Shown here one piece after another: positions 1-9,303 of a stretch of 64,000 nucleotides of DNA. A program made the position numbers and the translations under genes. Numbering within the stretch: position 1 is the stretch's first letter; each line of letters begins with the position of its first letter. This DNA is from a virus (taxonomy: Duplodnaviria > Caudoviricetes), in the IMG/VR virus record IMGVR_UViG_3300033121_001571, one strand, 5' to 3'. The notes beneath the pieces are model-generated. The model saw only the letters and a list, made by a program, of their open reading frames with translations, was not told the DNA's origin and made no database searches.

Positions 1-178
1 TGCTTTCTTTGAGCAACGTATGATTCTTTCATATTTTCGTGTTTAATTGCTGGAGACTCTAGATTTTCTGTTGTGATTTTTGCTTTGTTTAGCTCATTCA
101 CTACAACAGACTCAATGTCTAGAGAGCTTAAAAATTGTTGGATTAAGTCTTTTTTATCTTTCATCGTTCTTTCTCTAC

Positions 179-457
179 TTATTCCAACCCATACTCTTTC
201 TCAAATTCAGGCACTGTCACAGAAAACTCTTTTCCATCAGCTGTCTTAAGAACAACTTCTCTTGGAGAGACTGAAACAACCGTGTATTTCAAGTTAGATT
301 TCTTGTGAAAAACCTTCAAGTCTGGACTGATCAAAGTTTTTTCGTCTTCAAAGACTTTCAAGTCAATATCATTGACTTCAGCAATCGCTTGAAGCTTTTT
401 TGCCCACTCTTCTCTAAAGAGAGAAACTATTTTCTCTTCTGTCAAGAGATCTTTCAT
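179..457 (-). CDS. Hypothetical protein, possibly virion-associated
   Basis: 92-aa ORF; TAGTTA motif 5 nt upstream of ATG (463-468). Confidence 0.7.
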   Translation of the reverse strand: MKDLLTEEKIVSLFREEWAKKLQAIAEVNDIDLKVFEDEKTLISPDLKVFHKKSNLKYTVVSVSPREVVLKTADGKEFSVTVPEFEKEYGLE

Positions 458-465
458 GTTAATAA

Positions 466-894
466 CTATGATGCTTTTCCAAGAAGTTCTTTCAAAGAAA
501 ACACTTCAATGCCCGCTCTTTTTAAGAGAGCAAGACCAGAAGTGTCTCTGTACTCTACGTCATATACAACTCTTGAGATCTCTGACCTCACAATCACTTT
601 TGAACACATCAGACACGGAGAGTGAGTAACATACATGATTTTTTTCTTGTGTGTGTCTGGACACATCAAACAAGCATTTAATTCTGCGTGAATAAATCCT
701 GACTTTCCTTCATCTAAAGAGTCGGGCACGTTTGGTTCACCTGGTGAGTTGCCATTGTAACCAAATGACAATATTGAGCTGTTGTCTTCTGGGACTATCA
801 CTGCTGCAACCTTTAACCTGGGATCGTATCCTCTTTGATCCGCTATCAACTTAGCGATATTCATCCAAACGTTTGGCCAAGATCTCACACTCAT
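466..894 (-). CDS. dCMP deaminase (ComEB/T4 cd-like)
   Basis: GYNG, HAELNA and SPCLMC zinc-deaminase motifs; start taken at MSVRSW (894), overlapping the upstream stop. Confidence 0.92.
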   Translation of the reverse strand: MSVRSWPNVWMNIAKLIADQRGYDPRLKVAAVIVPEDNSSILSFGYNGNSPGEPNVPDSLDEGKSGFIHAELNACLMCPDTHKKKIMYVTHSPCLMCSKVIVRSEISRVVYDVEYRDTSGLALLKRAGIEVFSLKELLGKAS

Positions 895-1463
895 ATGATG
901 ATCTTTGCTATTGGATGACAAGAGATACATCTTGCTTCATACATGTCGCTTCCTCCGATTTCGATGTCTTGATCAGACATCGTCTTTTTGTAGGAAAAGC
1001 TTGCTGGTTGAAAACAATTTGAACAAACTGCGTGAAGTTTTTCTACTCTAGTTGCCCATGGCATCATCTTCATGATTTCCTCAAAAGCTTTACACGAAGA
1101 TGACATATCTAAACTTGCAACAGCGACATTAAAACCTGTTCTGTACAAGTAGATCAAAGCGCTTGCACTTTCAGATATCATGAATGCTTCATCAACAGCA
1201 ACTAGGTTTTTTTCAGCATCTCCAGATGCATTTTTAGACACAAGTTCTAAGATGTCTTCACCAGAAGACACAGAGAAAGCTTGTTCACTCATGTTGTCGT
1301 GAGTCACTACTCTCTCAACGCTGTAACGATCATCTTTTTTTGGTTTGATCAGTATAGCATTGAACTTCTGTCGTCTCTTAAAATCAACATACTTCAACAA
1401 ATTAGAAGTCTTGGAAGCATACATGCAACCAGTAAAAATCACAAACTCATTCAAACTTTTCAC
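891..1463 (-). CDS. tdk: Thymidine kinase
   Basis: GCMYASKT P-loop, DDRYS..VVTHD, VDEA, KLHAVC..C and IGGSDMYEARCISC motifs. Confidence 0.93.
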   Translation of the reverse strand: MKSLNEFVIFTGCMYASKTSNLLKYVDFKRRQKFNAILIKPKKDDRYSVERVVTHDNMSEQAFSVSSGEDILELVSKNASGDAEKNLVAVDEAFMISESASALIYLYRTGFNVAVASLDMSSSCKAFEEIMKMMPWATRVEKLHAVCSNCFQPASFSYKKTMSDQDIEIGGSDMYEARCISCHPIAKIII

Positions 1464-2449
1464 GACGAGAAAACCTCCAGCGCCAACTTTGCTGATCTAG
1501 ATAACATACTGTCATAATTGAGTTGAAAATTTAATCTTTTGCACGCCTTGTTCAAGTAAAGTACTTTCAAATCAGTCCAGAATGTCTGTTGCGATTGTGT
1601 AACAGATCTAATCAAAACATCGATATCATCTTTTGATAGTGCATCTGCACACTTCTTCTCGTATTCTAACAGATCTTTAACGTCTGGTTTCGTTGATATC
1701 TTAGGACACTGACAGTTCACAATCTCTGACACAGAATTTCTGTTGTCTGACAACACACTCTCAACCATCTTAAAGTGTCGATCATAGATGTGAATTGAAG
1801 CAGCGTTGTGGTAGTAATTTCCGCACTCTATGTGTTTACCTAATCTTTCTGAAAGTTCAATTGTCATAAGTTCTTGAAAGACAGTAAATGCAGGAACATC
1901 GTTAGCGAGACCCCAGATAACATCTTGTGATCTCATGTTCACAACAGCATGTAGCTTGTTCTGCCTTAACAGGTATTGTAGACTAATCGTGCAAGGTACG
2001 TCTAGCTTTGCATTAACAGTGTCAAAAGCATTTCTTATGTGAATAACACACCTTCTTGAGTCATTGTCTCTAACGAGTTCATCTACTGCTAGAGACCACT
2101 GTGAGTTGTTTGCAGAGTCTATGGGCATAAACATTCGATATCCATAAGCACTGTTAGCTGTCACACCGTCATCAGAAATCTTTGACCACACAGAAGAATA
2201 CTTCTGTATCCAATCAACCTTGTTATTGGCAGACAAGTACCATAACAATTCACCAGCAACGTACTCTAAAGAGAATTTTCTACCATAGACATATGGATAT
2301 CTCTCTCGTGGATCTGTCAACATAAAAGAGAAATTCAGTTTTTCTCTGATTTTTTCTCCTCTTGGAGCTGACTCATAATCAAATTGGTTATAGACTTCAT
2401 CTAATATTTTCACGTAAGCGTGAGTGAAGCTGTCATAACTTTTCATCAA
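1460..2449 (-). CDS. Thymidylate-synthase homolog, probably dCMP hydroxymethylase/modifying type
   Basis: DSRR, PCTISLQY catalytic Cys, MRSQD, GLAND (Asp at the ThyA Asn177 position), SIHIYDRH. Confidence 0.85.
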   Translation of the reverse strand: MMKSYDSFTHAYVKILDEVYNQFDYESAPRGEKIREKLNFSFMLTDPRERYPYVYGRKFSLEYVAGELLWYLSANNKVDWIQKYSSVWSKISDDGVTANSAYGYRMFMPIDSANNSQWSLAVDELVRDNDSRRCVIHIRNAFDTVNAKLDVPCTISLQYLLRQNKLHAVVNMRSQDVIWGLANDVPAFTVFQELMTIELSERLGKHIECGNYYHNAASIHIYDRHFKMVESVLSDNRNSVSEIVNCQCPKISTKPDVKDLLEYEKKCADALSKDDIDVLIRSVTQSQQTFWTDLKVLYLNKACKRLNFQLNYDSMLSRSAKLALEVFSS

Positions 2450-3435
2450 ACACCAACTTTCAACTTTGAAATTAGATCCCAGTTAGCATTGAACCACTGG
2501 TATGTCTTGTAGACACCAACATGAATGTCTATCTTGGGTTGCCAGTACGTTTCCCACTGAAGAAGCTCGTTTGAACCCAAAGTGTGTTTCACATCGCCTG
2601 GGCGTTCTGGCGCCTCTCTCTTTGTAACGTGCACATATGTGTTGATTATGTCAAACAACTCTTGATTTGAAATAGATGTGTTGGTACAGACATTGAACAC
2701 GCGGTTTGATAGATCCTTTTCAGTGAGAACGTGATACACTGCATTAACGACATCTTGTACGTGGATCAAGTCTCTTGTCTGCAATCCGTCACCATCAAAT
2801 CTTAGTTGATCTCCTTTGAATGCAGAAGTCAACCAATTTGATATTGCTGTTGAGTACGCTGATCCACCAATCTGACCTTCACCGTATACGTTAAAAAATC
2901 TTAGTGCAACATAGTCAAAATTGTACAACTTGTGATATAATTGAAGATACTCTTCTATCTGAAGCTTTTGAAGCGCATATGGTGAATTGGGATTAGTTTC
3001 ATCCTTTTCTGTTGATGCTTCTTTAGAAGCTTTGTTTCCATACACTGCTGAAGAACTCGCAAACACAAATCGTTGAACATTACCCAGCCTAGCAGCATCG
3101 ATCAACGAAAGCGTCTTTGTCACATTTGTGTTGTGGCTATCGACAGGATTCTCTACTGAAAAAGAGACTCTTGGCATAGCTGCAAAGTGAACAATAACGT
3201 CAAATTCACCGTTCTTAACTCTTGAAAGAACAATATCAGAAGAAAAATCTGATATCACTAGTTTGTCATTGTTAATGACATCTTTTCTCAAGAGCGGAAG
3301 TTGACTGTTTGACAAATCATCAACTACAGTCATATCAAACTTTGAATCACCAAAGAAACTATTGACAAAGTTCCCTCCTATGAACCCAGCTCCGCCAGTG
3401 ACCAACACCCTCAAACGGTCTTTCTCTTCACTCAT
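2446..3435 (-). CDS. NAD-dependent nucleotide-sugar epimerase/dehydratase
   Basis: TGGAGFIG, ASSSAVYG, YALQK (YxxxK), RFFNVYG, GDGLQTRD. Confidence 0.92.
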   Translation of the reverse strand: MSEEKDRLRVLVTGGAGFIGGNFVNSFFGDSKFDMTVVDDLSNSQLPLLRKDVINNDKLVISDFSSDIVLSRVKNGEFDVIVHFAAMPRVSFSVENPVDSHNTNVTKTLSLIDAARLGNVQRFVFASSSAVYGNKASKEASTEKDETNPNSPYALQKLQIEEYLQLYHKLYNFDYVALRFFNVYGEGQIGGSAYSTAISNWLTSAFKGDQLRFDGDGLQTRDLIHVQDVVNAVYHVLTEKDLSNRVFNVCTNTSISNQELFDIINTYVHVTKREAPERPGDVKHTLGSNELLQWETYWQPKIDIHVGVYKTYQWFNANWDLISKLKVGV

Positions 3436-3486
3436 TTGGTCTTAGAATATTCTTTGAGTGCTCATAGTATATCTACATGTTTCACC

Positions 3487-4800
3487 TCAAAGAATATTCT
3501 GTGTGTCACCAAAAAAGTCTGGCAGTGCTGCGGAGGTTGTTGCTTCGTAAGAGCTGTGTTTTCTCACAGCATTTCGCAGATGCAAGTTATAACCGCAAGA
3601 CACTCGAGTGTCTTTTGAATAAAACTTGCAGTGTTCTATCAGAACAGAGGCAATGTCAGCTAAATTTGAAAGGTCTTTTTTGACAAGATAGGGATATTTT
3701 GTCTCTTTTGAAAGCATGCTGTACTCATTGACATCAACCCACAAAGGAAGACAACCAAGATCAATGCACTCTCTTGACGCTGTTCCACCAAAAGTGTCTT
3801 CTGTGTAAAGAGCTACAACTATGTCTGAGTTTCTAGCAATGAACTTGTATTCATCTCTAGAAAAAGCTCTATCAGTCAGTTTTAAGTAACCGTGTTTTCC
3901 ACACTCAGAGTGCAGTTCTTTGTTGCTGAATTTTTGGTTTGGATTTCCAGCAATCACAACAAAATCTTGTCTTCTTTTCCATAGCTCTGGAAGCACTTCA
4001 AACATGAATTTACCACAATTCGTGTAGTCGCTTGACCTTCCTTTTCCTCCGATTCTATTGGGAACAAACAACACAACTTTGTCTCTTGTTGCTTCGTGAA
4101 ATTCTTTTTCAACATCAAAAGATATCTCAGACAACAACGGTGCAGCGTTCGACTCAGTGACTGAGTACCCATCGTCCCAAGGTTTGCTCTTTGCGATTAT
4201 AGAATCAACAATTTCTTTTGTAAAGACTTTTCTAGCTTCAATCTCAAACTCTTTCAGAGCACTGTCGCACTGCCAAAAGTTGAAATCAGCTCGAATTGCT
4301 GCTTCACACTGTCCCAACCACAAAGAAGTTTCAGTCGGAAATTTTGGAACTGAAGGCACATCTACAAAGTGACTGTGAACAACAAATCTTGGTGACTGCT
4401 TGTTGAGATAGAACAGTGTCTTATAATTTCGAAATTGCATCGGATCGTTGATATAGACTATGTCATATCTCTTTTCACTCAAAGAGAGAGCACTTTGAAG
4501 TTTAGAAAACTGGAAATCGTATCTAGTGACTAGAGCATTTGGGATAACAGGTACAGCAACGTAGTTGAGTCTTGTCCCTTCCCACTTTTCCCACAGATCT
4601 GGATTGATATCTCTGTAATTTGTGAGACACTGAGTGTCAGGACCCATTATGTCTATGACTGTGTCTCTTGTAAGATTCAAGATCTCTCTTGCTCTGTTGA
4701 TCATCATCTGCCAACCAGAGTCAGTCTCTAACATAAAAACACCGTCAGTCGTGTAAGATGATAGCTGCGTCTGAATCAAGATTCTTTTCATTGTTAACAC
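3487..4800 (-). CDS. Putative GT-B glycosyltransferase
   Basis: 437 aa; C-terminal FVPNRI...IARNSDIVVALYTEDTFGGTASRECIDLGCLP resembles the GT-B donor-binding motif; next to the epimerase. Confidence 0.65.
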   Translation of the reverse strand: MLTMKRILIQTQLSSYTTDGVFMLETDSGWQMMINRAREILNLTRDTVIDIMGPDTQCLTNYRDINPDLWEKWEGTRLNYVAVPVIPNALVTRYDFQFSKLQSALSLSEKRYDIVYINDPMQFRNYKTLFYLNKQSPRFVVHSHFVDVPSVPKFPTETSLWLGQCEAAIRADFNFWQCDSALKEFEIEARKVFTKEIVDSIIAKSKPWDDGYSVTESNAAPLLSEISFDVEKEFHEATRDKVVLFVPNRIGGKGRSSDYTNCGKFMFEVLPELWKRRQDFVVIAGNPNQKFSNKELHSECGKHGYLKLTDRAFSRDEYKFIARNSDIVVALYTEDTFGGTASRECIDLGCLPLWVDVNEYSMLSKETKYPYLVKKDLSNLADIASVLIEHCKFYSKDTRVSCGYNLHLRNAVRKHSSYEATTSAALPDFFGDTQNIL

Positions 4801-4833
4801 TTAAACTACTACACAAGAGCTCGTTGTAAACGA

Positions 4834-4839
4834 TAGTTA
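4834..4839 (+). promoter_or_regulatory. TANTTA putative late-promoter motif (representative site)
   Basis: Recurs 4-15 nt upstream of ~16 start codons; see findings. Confidence 0.6.
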
Positions 4840-4844
4840 ACTAC

Positions 4845-5231
4845 GTGAAAATCAAACTTGGTGAACTTCGATCTCTGATAACAGAGACAATTGAAACGTT
4901 CACAAAAAGACACTATGACAAAGCTCTTGCAGTTGCAACACCAGGTTCTGTTTTCCCTGTCAGAAAAGGTAAGTACATAGAGATCTATCAAAAACTTCCC
5001 AGTTCACCAAGGGGTGGGTACAACGTAAGAGAAACGCTTAGTTGGGAAGAGTGCCCAGCAGTAGAGATAACAGGGTTGCCAATAAAAGGCCCAGACTACG
5101 AACAGTTCGGCGTCTCTTCACTAGGACCACTCTATGTTCCCGTAAAAACAAACTTTGGTTTGCAAGGATACCTGTACTATGCAGATCTTGGTCACTTAGA
5201 CATTCCAGGGATTCCTGATATTTCTTACTGA
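4845..5231 (+). CDS. Hypothetical protein with MKIKLGELRSLITE leader
   Basis: 128-aa ORF; TAGTTA at 4834-4839. Confidence 0.75.
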   Translation: MKIKLGELRSLITETIETFTKRHYDKALAVATPGSVFPVRKGKYIEIYQKLPSSPRGGYNVRETLSWEECPAVEITGLPIKGPDYEQFGVSSLGPLYVPVKTNFGLQGYLYYADLGHLDIPGIPDISY

Positions 5232-5242
5232 TAGTTAAGAAC

Positions 5243-5713
5243 ATGAAAATCTCCAAAAAGTTCATTTTTGAATCTCTCGAAGAAAATATTGAAGAACAAA
5301 TTGATGAATTGAGATCATCTCCAGAGATGCAATCTCTTGATACTTTCATCAACTACAAGTTAGACAACGAAGAGTTGTCTTATAACTGGATTGAACTTCA
5401 AGCTCTGTCTAGAAACTTGACAGCACAAAACGCAAAATTTAACAAAGACTATAGTGGTGCAGTCTCTGCAGCAAGTGCTTACGTAATACACACAGTTCGT
5501 AAAACGTTAGAAGAAGAAATGGGATTTGAATTCACTCCAAGAGAAAAGATGAAAGATGTACGTGGTTTCAGTTCAAATCCTCACGGTTCAAATAGGTGGG
5601 TAGGCAACCACGGAGGATCTGGTTTTATAGACCACGTTGGAGCTATGGGTGGAAAATACAACTGGAGCTCAAGCGACAGTAAAAACTTGTCAATGGGCGC
5701 AAAGAAAAAATGA
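5243..5713 (+). CDS. Hypothetical protein
   Basis: 156-aa ORF; TAGTTA at 5232-5237; Gly-rich C-terminus. Confidence 0.75.
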   Translation: MKISKKFIFESLEENIEEQIDELRSSPEMQSLDTFINYKLDNEELSYNWIELQALSRNLTAQNAKFNKDYSGAVSAASAYVIHTVRKTLEEEMGFEFTPREKMKDVRGFSSNPHGSNRWVGNHGGSGFIDHVGAMGGKYNWSSSDSKNLSMGAKKK

Positions 5714-5716
5714 TGT

Positions 5717-6175
5717 TTATTGCGTCACACAACGAGCACAACTACACTTTTCTCGAAAACCACAATTGAAACACTGTGAACAACACGCATGGTCATGCAA
5801 GATCAGATCTTTACCATGACACGAGCAATCACACTCTTCTTTGTCTAGGTGATTACAGTTAATTTCATTAGTTATTTTTGCGTTAGCAATCTTATTTTTA
5901 GACGCTAAAATTTGTTCTGAACGTTCTTGATCTTCACGTCTTAGTTCTAATATTTCACGCAACAGATCGTCTATTCCTGGTCGTATGCACGCAATAGTTT
6001 TTGATATGAAATCTGGACTATTGACTGCGTTCTCAAGGTCATCATTATCCATATCAAGCCAAAATCCCCGGTGGTGTGCGTCTTCATCTATACCTGATCT
6101 GATCAGATCAAGAATAGCCATTCCCAATATGACATCAAACTCAACTTGAGTTTCACCTAAAAAGTACTTTTTCAT
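5717..6175 (-). CDS. Hypothetical protein with Cys/His-rich C-terminus
   Basis: ORF ending CDCSCH...HDHACCSQCFNCGFREKCSCARC. Confidence 0.6.
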   Translation of the reverse strand: MKKYFLGETQVEFDVILGMAILDLIRSGIDEDAHHRGFWLDMDNDDLENAVNSPDFISKTIACIRPGIDDLLREILELRREDQERSEQILASKNKIANAKITNEINCNHLDKEECDCSCHGKDLILHDHACCSQCFNCGFREKCSCARCVTQ

Positions 6176-6528
6176 GTTTTCTGTGCCTTAACTTTTTCGT
6201 TCCGAAGCGCATCCTCGAGCGTCTTTGGCTGCGGGAGCTTGTGTACCATCGCGTAAAGGGCCTCTGTCGCGATTCCAACGCCAGTCGGCCATTCGACCGC
6301 GCCGTGGTCGACATAGGCCTCCGCGAACGCCGAGCGCTTCTGGATGCGGTCGAACGGCGGTTTGAGGACGAGCTTTGTGAAGTCAGCAGTCCCGCTTGTC
6401 CCATCGGAGAACGTCACGTTCAGCTGGAGCGCTCCGGGAACTACTGTCACACTCTCCACCTTGATCGTCGGTAGCTTTCTCACGGGTTGAGCCTTTGAAC
6501 CTTTCTCTATAGTCATTGTGGTGTTCAT
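6172..6528 (-). CDS. DUF2442-like protein, locally GC-rich
   Basis: L.VTFSDGTSGTADF...F..AYVDHGAVEWPTGVGIATEALY matches the DUF2442 pattern as I recall it; start uncertain (6516 or 6528). Confidence 0.7.
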   Translation of the reverse strand: MNTTMTIEKGSKAQPVRKLPTIKVESVTVVPGALQLNVTFSDGTSGTADFTKLVLKPPFDRIQKRSAFAEAYVDHGAVEWPTGVGIATEALYAMVHKLPQPKTLEDALRNEKVKAQKT

Positions 6529-6847
6529 CACAGTGTGCCTTCGCCTGGTCGAAGACGCTACCAAAGAGGTACCTCAACACGCCATCCCTATTAACCTCTT
6601 CTCTAAACTTCTCGACCATGTAATTCACCCATTCCTCACGGTCATACGGTTGGTCAACAACATTTCCAGACTCGTCCCACGAAATGCCATCAAAGACATT
6701 TGAACCTGGGCCGACCAACTTCATCTTACACGCCCCAGACTTAAAGATGATGTGTCCACCCGTTGAGTCTTCGAAACCTGGAACACATTTCTTTCGACCA
6801 TCAAGCATTGCAAACTCAAGAGAAATTCTAAATGTACTACGACTCAT
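6383..6847 (-). CDS. Hypothetical protein; 3' end runs into the DUF2442 gene
   Basis: ORF follows the kinase stop directly; C-terminal ~45 codons overlap the DUF2442 gene in another frame. Confidence 0.5.
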   Translation of the reverse strand: MSRSTFRISLEFAMLDGRKKCVPGFEDSTGGHIIFKSGACKMKLVGPGSNVFDGISWDESGNVVDQPYDREEWVNYMVEKFREEVNRDGVLRYLFGSVFDQAKAHCDEHHNDYRERFKGSTREKATDDQGGECDSSSRSAPAERDVLRWDKRDC

Positions 6848-6850
6848 TTA

Positions 6851-7486
6851 TCACCTCATCACGAAGTCAATGACGTCAAAGACTTCACGTTCAAGATTCT
6901 CATCGTCAACATTTAGACTCAGAAGACGACATTTTGTCCAAGATGCAAATTCTTTGTAGACATCGTGAAGCTTAGCAAGAACTAGTTCAGTGATGCTAGA
7001 ATCAAGGTTGTCTTTGATGTCTTTGTAACTAGATCGGTGACAGAAGACAATGACAGCACCCAAAGCAGCATACGCTTCATCGATGTGTTTCAACATCGTG
7101 AGATCTGTCTCACGACTGAAGACCTTTGAGTATGCATACTCACAAGGAAAACCTCGATCAAAGACAACACTGTGACCAGTCTGTCGTAGGATATCAAGAA
7201 CTCTTGGATCAGCAAAACGAAGTTGATTTAAGAACTGATCGTTCTTTGAAACTCTAGAAGAGAGAAATGACGTGTGTTCTGACGTTGCTTTGAAATAGGG
7301 CACTCTCAACTTTCTAGAGACTTCTTTTGCTATCTCTGTTTTACCACACATATCTGGACCAACGAAGAACACCAACTTTTGGTTGTTGATTGTAATATTT
7401 TTGTGAGAAGTGTGTTCTGGAAACGAAGTAAAACAATCAAGACATAAATCTCTATCTAAATTTAGGTTTAGGTGTTTACAATACAC
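6851..7486 (-). CDS. Deoxynucleoside monophosphate kinase
   Basis: GPDMCGKT P-loop; VVFDRGFPCEYAY (DR motif). Confidence 0.8.
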   Translation of the reverse strand: MYCKHLNLNLDRDLCLDCFTSFPEHTSHKNITINNQKLVFFVGPDMCGKTEIAKEVSRKLRVPYFKATSEHTSFLSSRVSKNDQFLNQLRFADPRVLDILRQTGHSVVFDRGFPCEYAYSKVFSRETDLTMLKHIDEAYAALGAVIVFCHRSSYKDIKDNLDSSITELVLAKLHDVYKEFASWTKCRLLSLNVDDENLEREVFDVIDFVMR

Positions 7487-7539
7487 ACTATAAACATACT
7501 AACACGTTACCATCTGTATTCGTTGTAATACGAACTTGT

Positions 7540-7716
7540 TCACAGCAACTTGTGAATCGCAGACTCTAGATCGTAATCTTTTACCTTTGAAACCATCACA
7601 GCGTCTGTTGGAAGACTTCCATCACAACGCATGTCAAGAGCTTGTTTTCTTGTCAAGACCCAGATGACGTCGCCATCTATCCATTTCTGAAACTCGATCA
7701 ATTCAAAGTACATCAT
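7540..7716 (-). CDS. Small hypothetical protein (58 aa, not in the ORF track)
   Basis: Manual translation MMYFELIEFQKWIDGDVIW...AIHKLL*; fills the gap directly after the zinc-ribbon gene. Confidence 0.55.
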   Translation of the reverse strand: MMYFELIEFQKWIDGDVIWVLTRKQALDMRCDGSLPTDAVMVSKVKDYDLESAIHKLL

Positions 7717-7902
7717 CTAACTCTTCTTGCTGTAAAGATCTCTGTGCCAACCTTCACCCTTGAGTAAAAAACTAGTTCCTCCAGAGATGAGTCTTTTCAG
7801 TTTTTGACCACATTTTTCACAATATCGATCAGAATCATCACTTATGTTGTGTTCTATCTCTGTGACCGTCTGACAACTCTTACACTCGTACTCGTAGATC
7901 AC
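7717..7902 (-). CDS. FmdB-family zinc-ribbon protein
   Basis: IYEYECKSC...CEKCG..LKRLIS..SFLLKGEGW..DLY; GTG start overlaps the DnaE-E stop. Confidence 0.88.
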   Translation of the reverse strand: MIYEYECKSCQTVTEIEHNISDDSDRYCEKCGQKLKRLISGGTSFLLKGEGWHRDLYSKKS

Positions 7903-8942
7903 TCGTTTACCTCTTTTAACTTCCACGTCGTGGTGGAGCACCCAAAATTGTTTCTCTCGACCTCTGCGAGGTGCAGATTGTATAGATTCACGTTTGATTT
8001 ATCTGAGAATCCCCACACGCTAAGTCGAACTGGTTTCGCGCCGAGACCGAGTGCAGATATGACAGCATAACTCTTTTTGTTCTTTGTCATTTTGATCTCT
8101 AAAGACGTGGGAACAAACCAAACAATGTTCTTGTCACCTTCTTCAAGGGTCTCAATCGGATTGATCTCTTTTGTCTCTAGCTTAGCTAACATCTGTGGGC
8201 TGACAACAGATGTCACGTCAAAACTTCCAAATAACTCGATCTGAAACTGTGCTTGTTCTACTTTTGTCCACTCTGGAACGTTATCTCTGTAATATTCAGC
8301 TAACTCTCTCATTCTCTCCACACCAGCATACGGATTCTTTTTTGGCGATTTCTTTATCTCGTCGTTGTGTTCAATCAACACCTTGAATGCTTGGTGCCAA
8401 TTGCTGAATAATTTTCCTTGGCCCACCGCATCAAGAGAACCCAAAGCTTTTATCTTGATCAGAGTCTCTAAGACTCTTTTATTGAACTTTGAGTGTCTCC
8501 ACGTGCCGTCAGAGTTGTACAGCATGTCTTCTATATTTTTGTACGGTCTGTTCTGCAAGATCTCTTGCACAGCCGCTTCGCCGATACTCTTACAAGAGTA
8601 AAATGACGGCATGAACTTTTTCCCTGGAAGCACTGTCCATTCGTCTGAAGCATAGTTGACATCAATCTGAGCTATGTCGTAGCCCAATTGTTTGATCTCT
8701 GAAAATGCTACTGCTTTCTTTTCAGGACTGTTTAACATAGACTCAACATACGCAGTCAACCACTCCTTTTCAAAGTACGTCATCAACCACGCACACCAGT
8801 AACTGTCGATCGCATAAGCAACTGCGTGACTGTTTGAAGTCAGAACACCATTTGCTAAATAGAACTGGTGATCTGGGTGATCAACTTCAAGATCATACGT
8901 TTGGTGTTTTCCGATGGGGGTTATTGATTTGATGTTACTCAT
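7899..8942 (-). CDS. dnaE: DnaE fragment E: IntC3 (37 aa) plus C-terminal Pol III alpha (HhH and OB regions)
   Basis: MSNIKSI...YDLEV..DHQFYLANGVLTSN|SHAVAYA; IDVNYA, KSIGEAAVQEILQNRPY, NKRVLETLIK..ALGS, TKNKKSYA. Confidence 0.93.
   Translation of the reverse strand: MSNIKSITPIGKHQTYDLEVDHPDHQFYLANGVLTSNSHAVAYAIDSYWCAWLMTYFEKEWLTAYVESMLNSPEKKAVAFSEIKQLGYDIAQIDVNYASDEWTVLPGKKFMPSFYSCKSIGEAAVQEILQNRPYKNIEDMLYNSDGTWRHSKFNKRVLETLIKIKALGSLDAVGQGKLFSNWHQAFKVLIEHNDEIKKSPKKNPYAGVERMRELAEYYRDNVPEWTKVEQAQFQIELFGSFDVTSVVSPQMLAKLETKEINPIETLEEGDKNIVWFVPTSLEIKMTKNKKSYAVISALGLGAKPVRLSVWGFSDKSNVNLYNLHLAEVERNNFGCSTTTWKLKEVNE
8832..8942 (-). other. Split intein 3, C-terminal part (IntC3)
   Basis: Block F/G motifs YDLEV...HQFYLANGVLTSN followed by Ser+1. 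Confidence 0.9.
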
Positions 8943-8944
8943 CT

Positions 8945-9280
8945 TTACCTATCACAGCTGGCAATTTTGACAGGCATATTTGCTTCAAGCCACAGTGCTG
9001 CCTCAATCGCGAACTCATCTTTTTCATCGCAGCACGCAACTACTTCACAGTATGAACCAAAATCGTGTGGAAACCACTTTATCTTTAACTGCATAGATGC
9101 ATCTCTGTGCTGTCTATTTTTCTGCAAGTGTTCCCACAGTTGGTCTCGCCAAATTCGGCACTGTGATAACATCTTTGTTTTGTTGTCAGGATCAGAACTA
9201 TCTAACTGAATTGCTTCTTCACTCGGAGAACAACAACCTAGTTCTATCTGAAACATGTGAAATAACCATACTGCAGCCAC
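8945..9280 (-). CDS. Hypothetical phage protein
   Basis: ORF containing KWFPHDFGSYCEVV; true start probably MFQIELG. Confidence 0.65.
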   Translation of the reverse strand: MAAVWLFHMFQIELGCCSPSEEAIQLDSSDPDNKTKMLSQCRIWRDQLWEHLQKNRQHRDASMQLKIKWFPHDFGSYCEVVACCDEKDEFAIEAALWLEANMPVKIASCDR

Positions 9281-9303
9281 AGAAACAGTTACACTGCAAC
9301 GTG

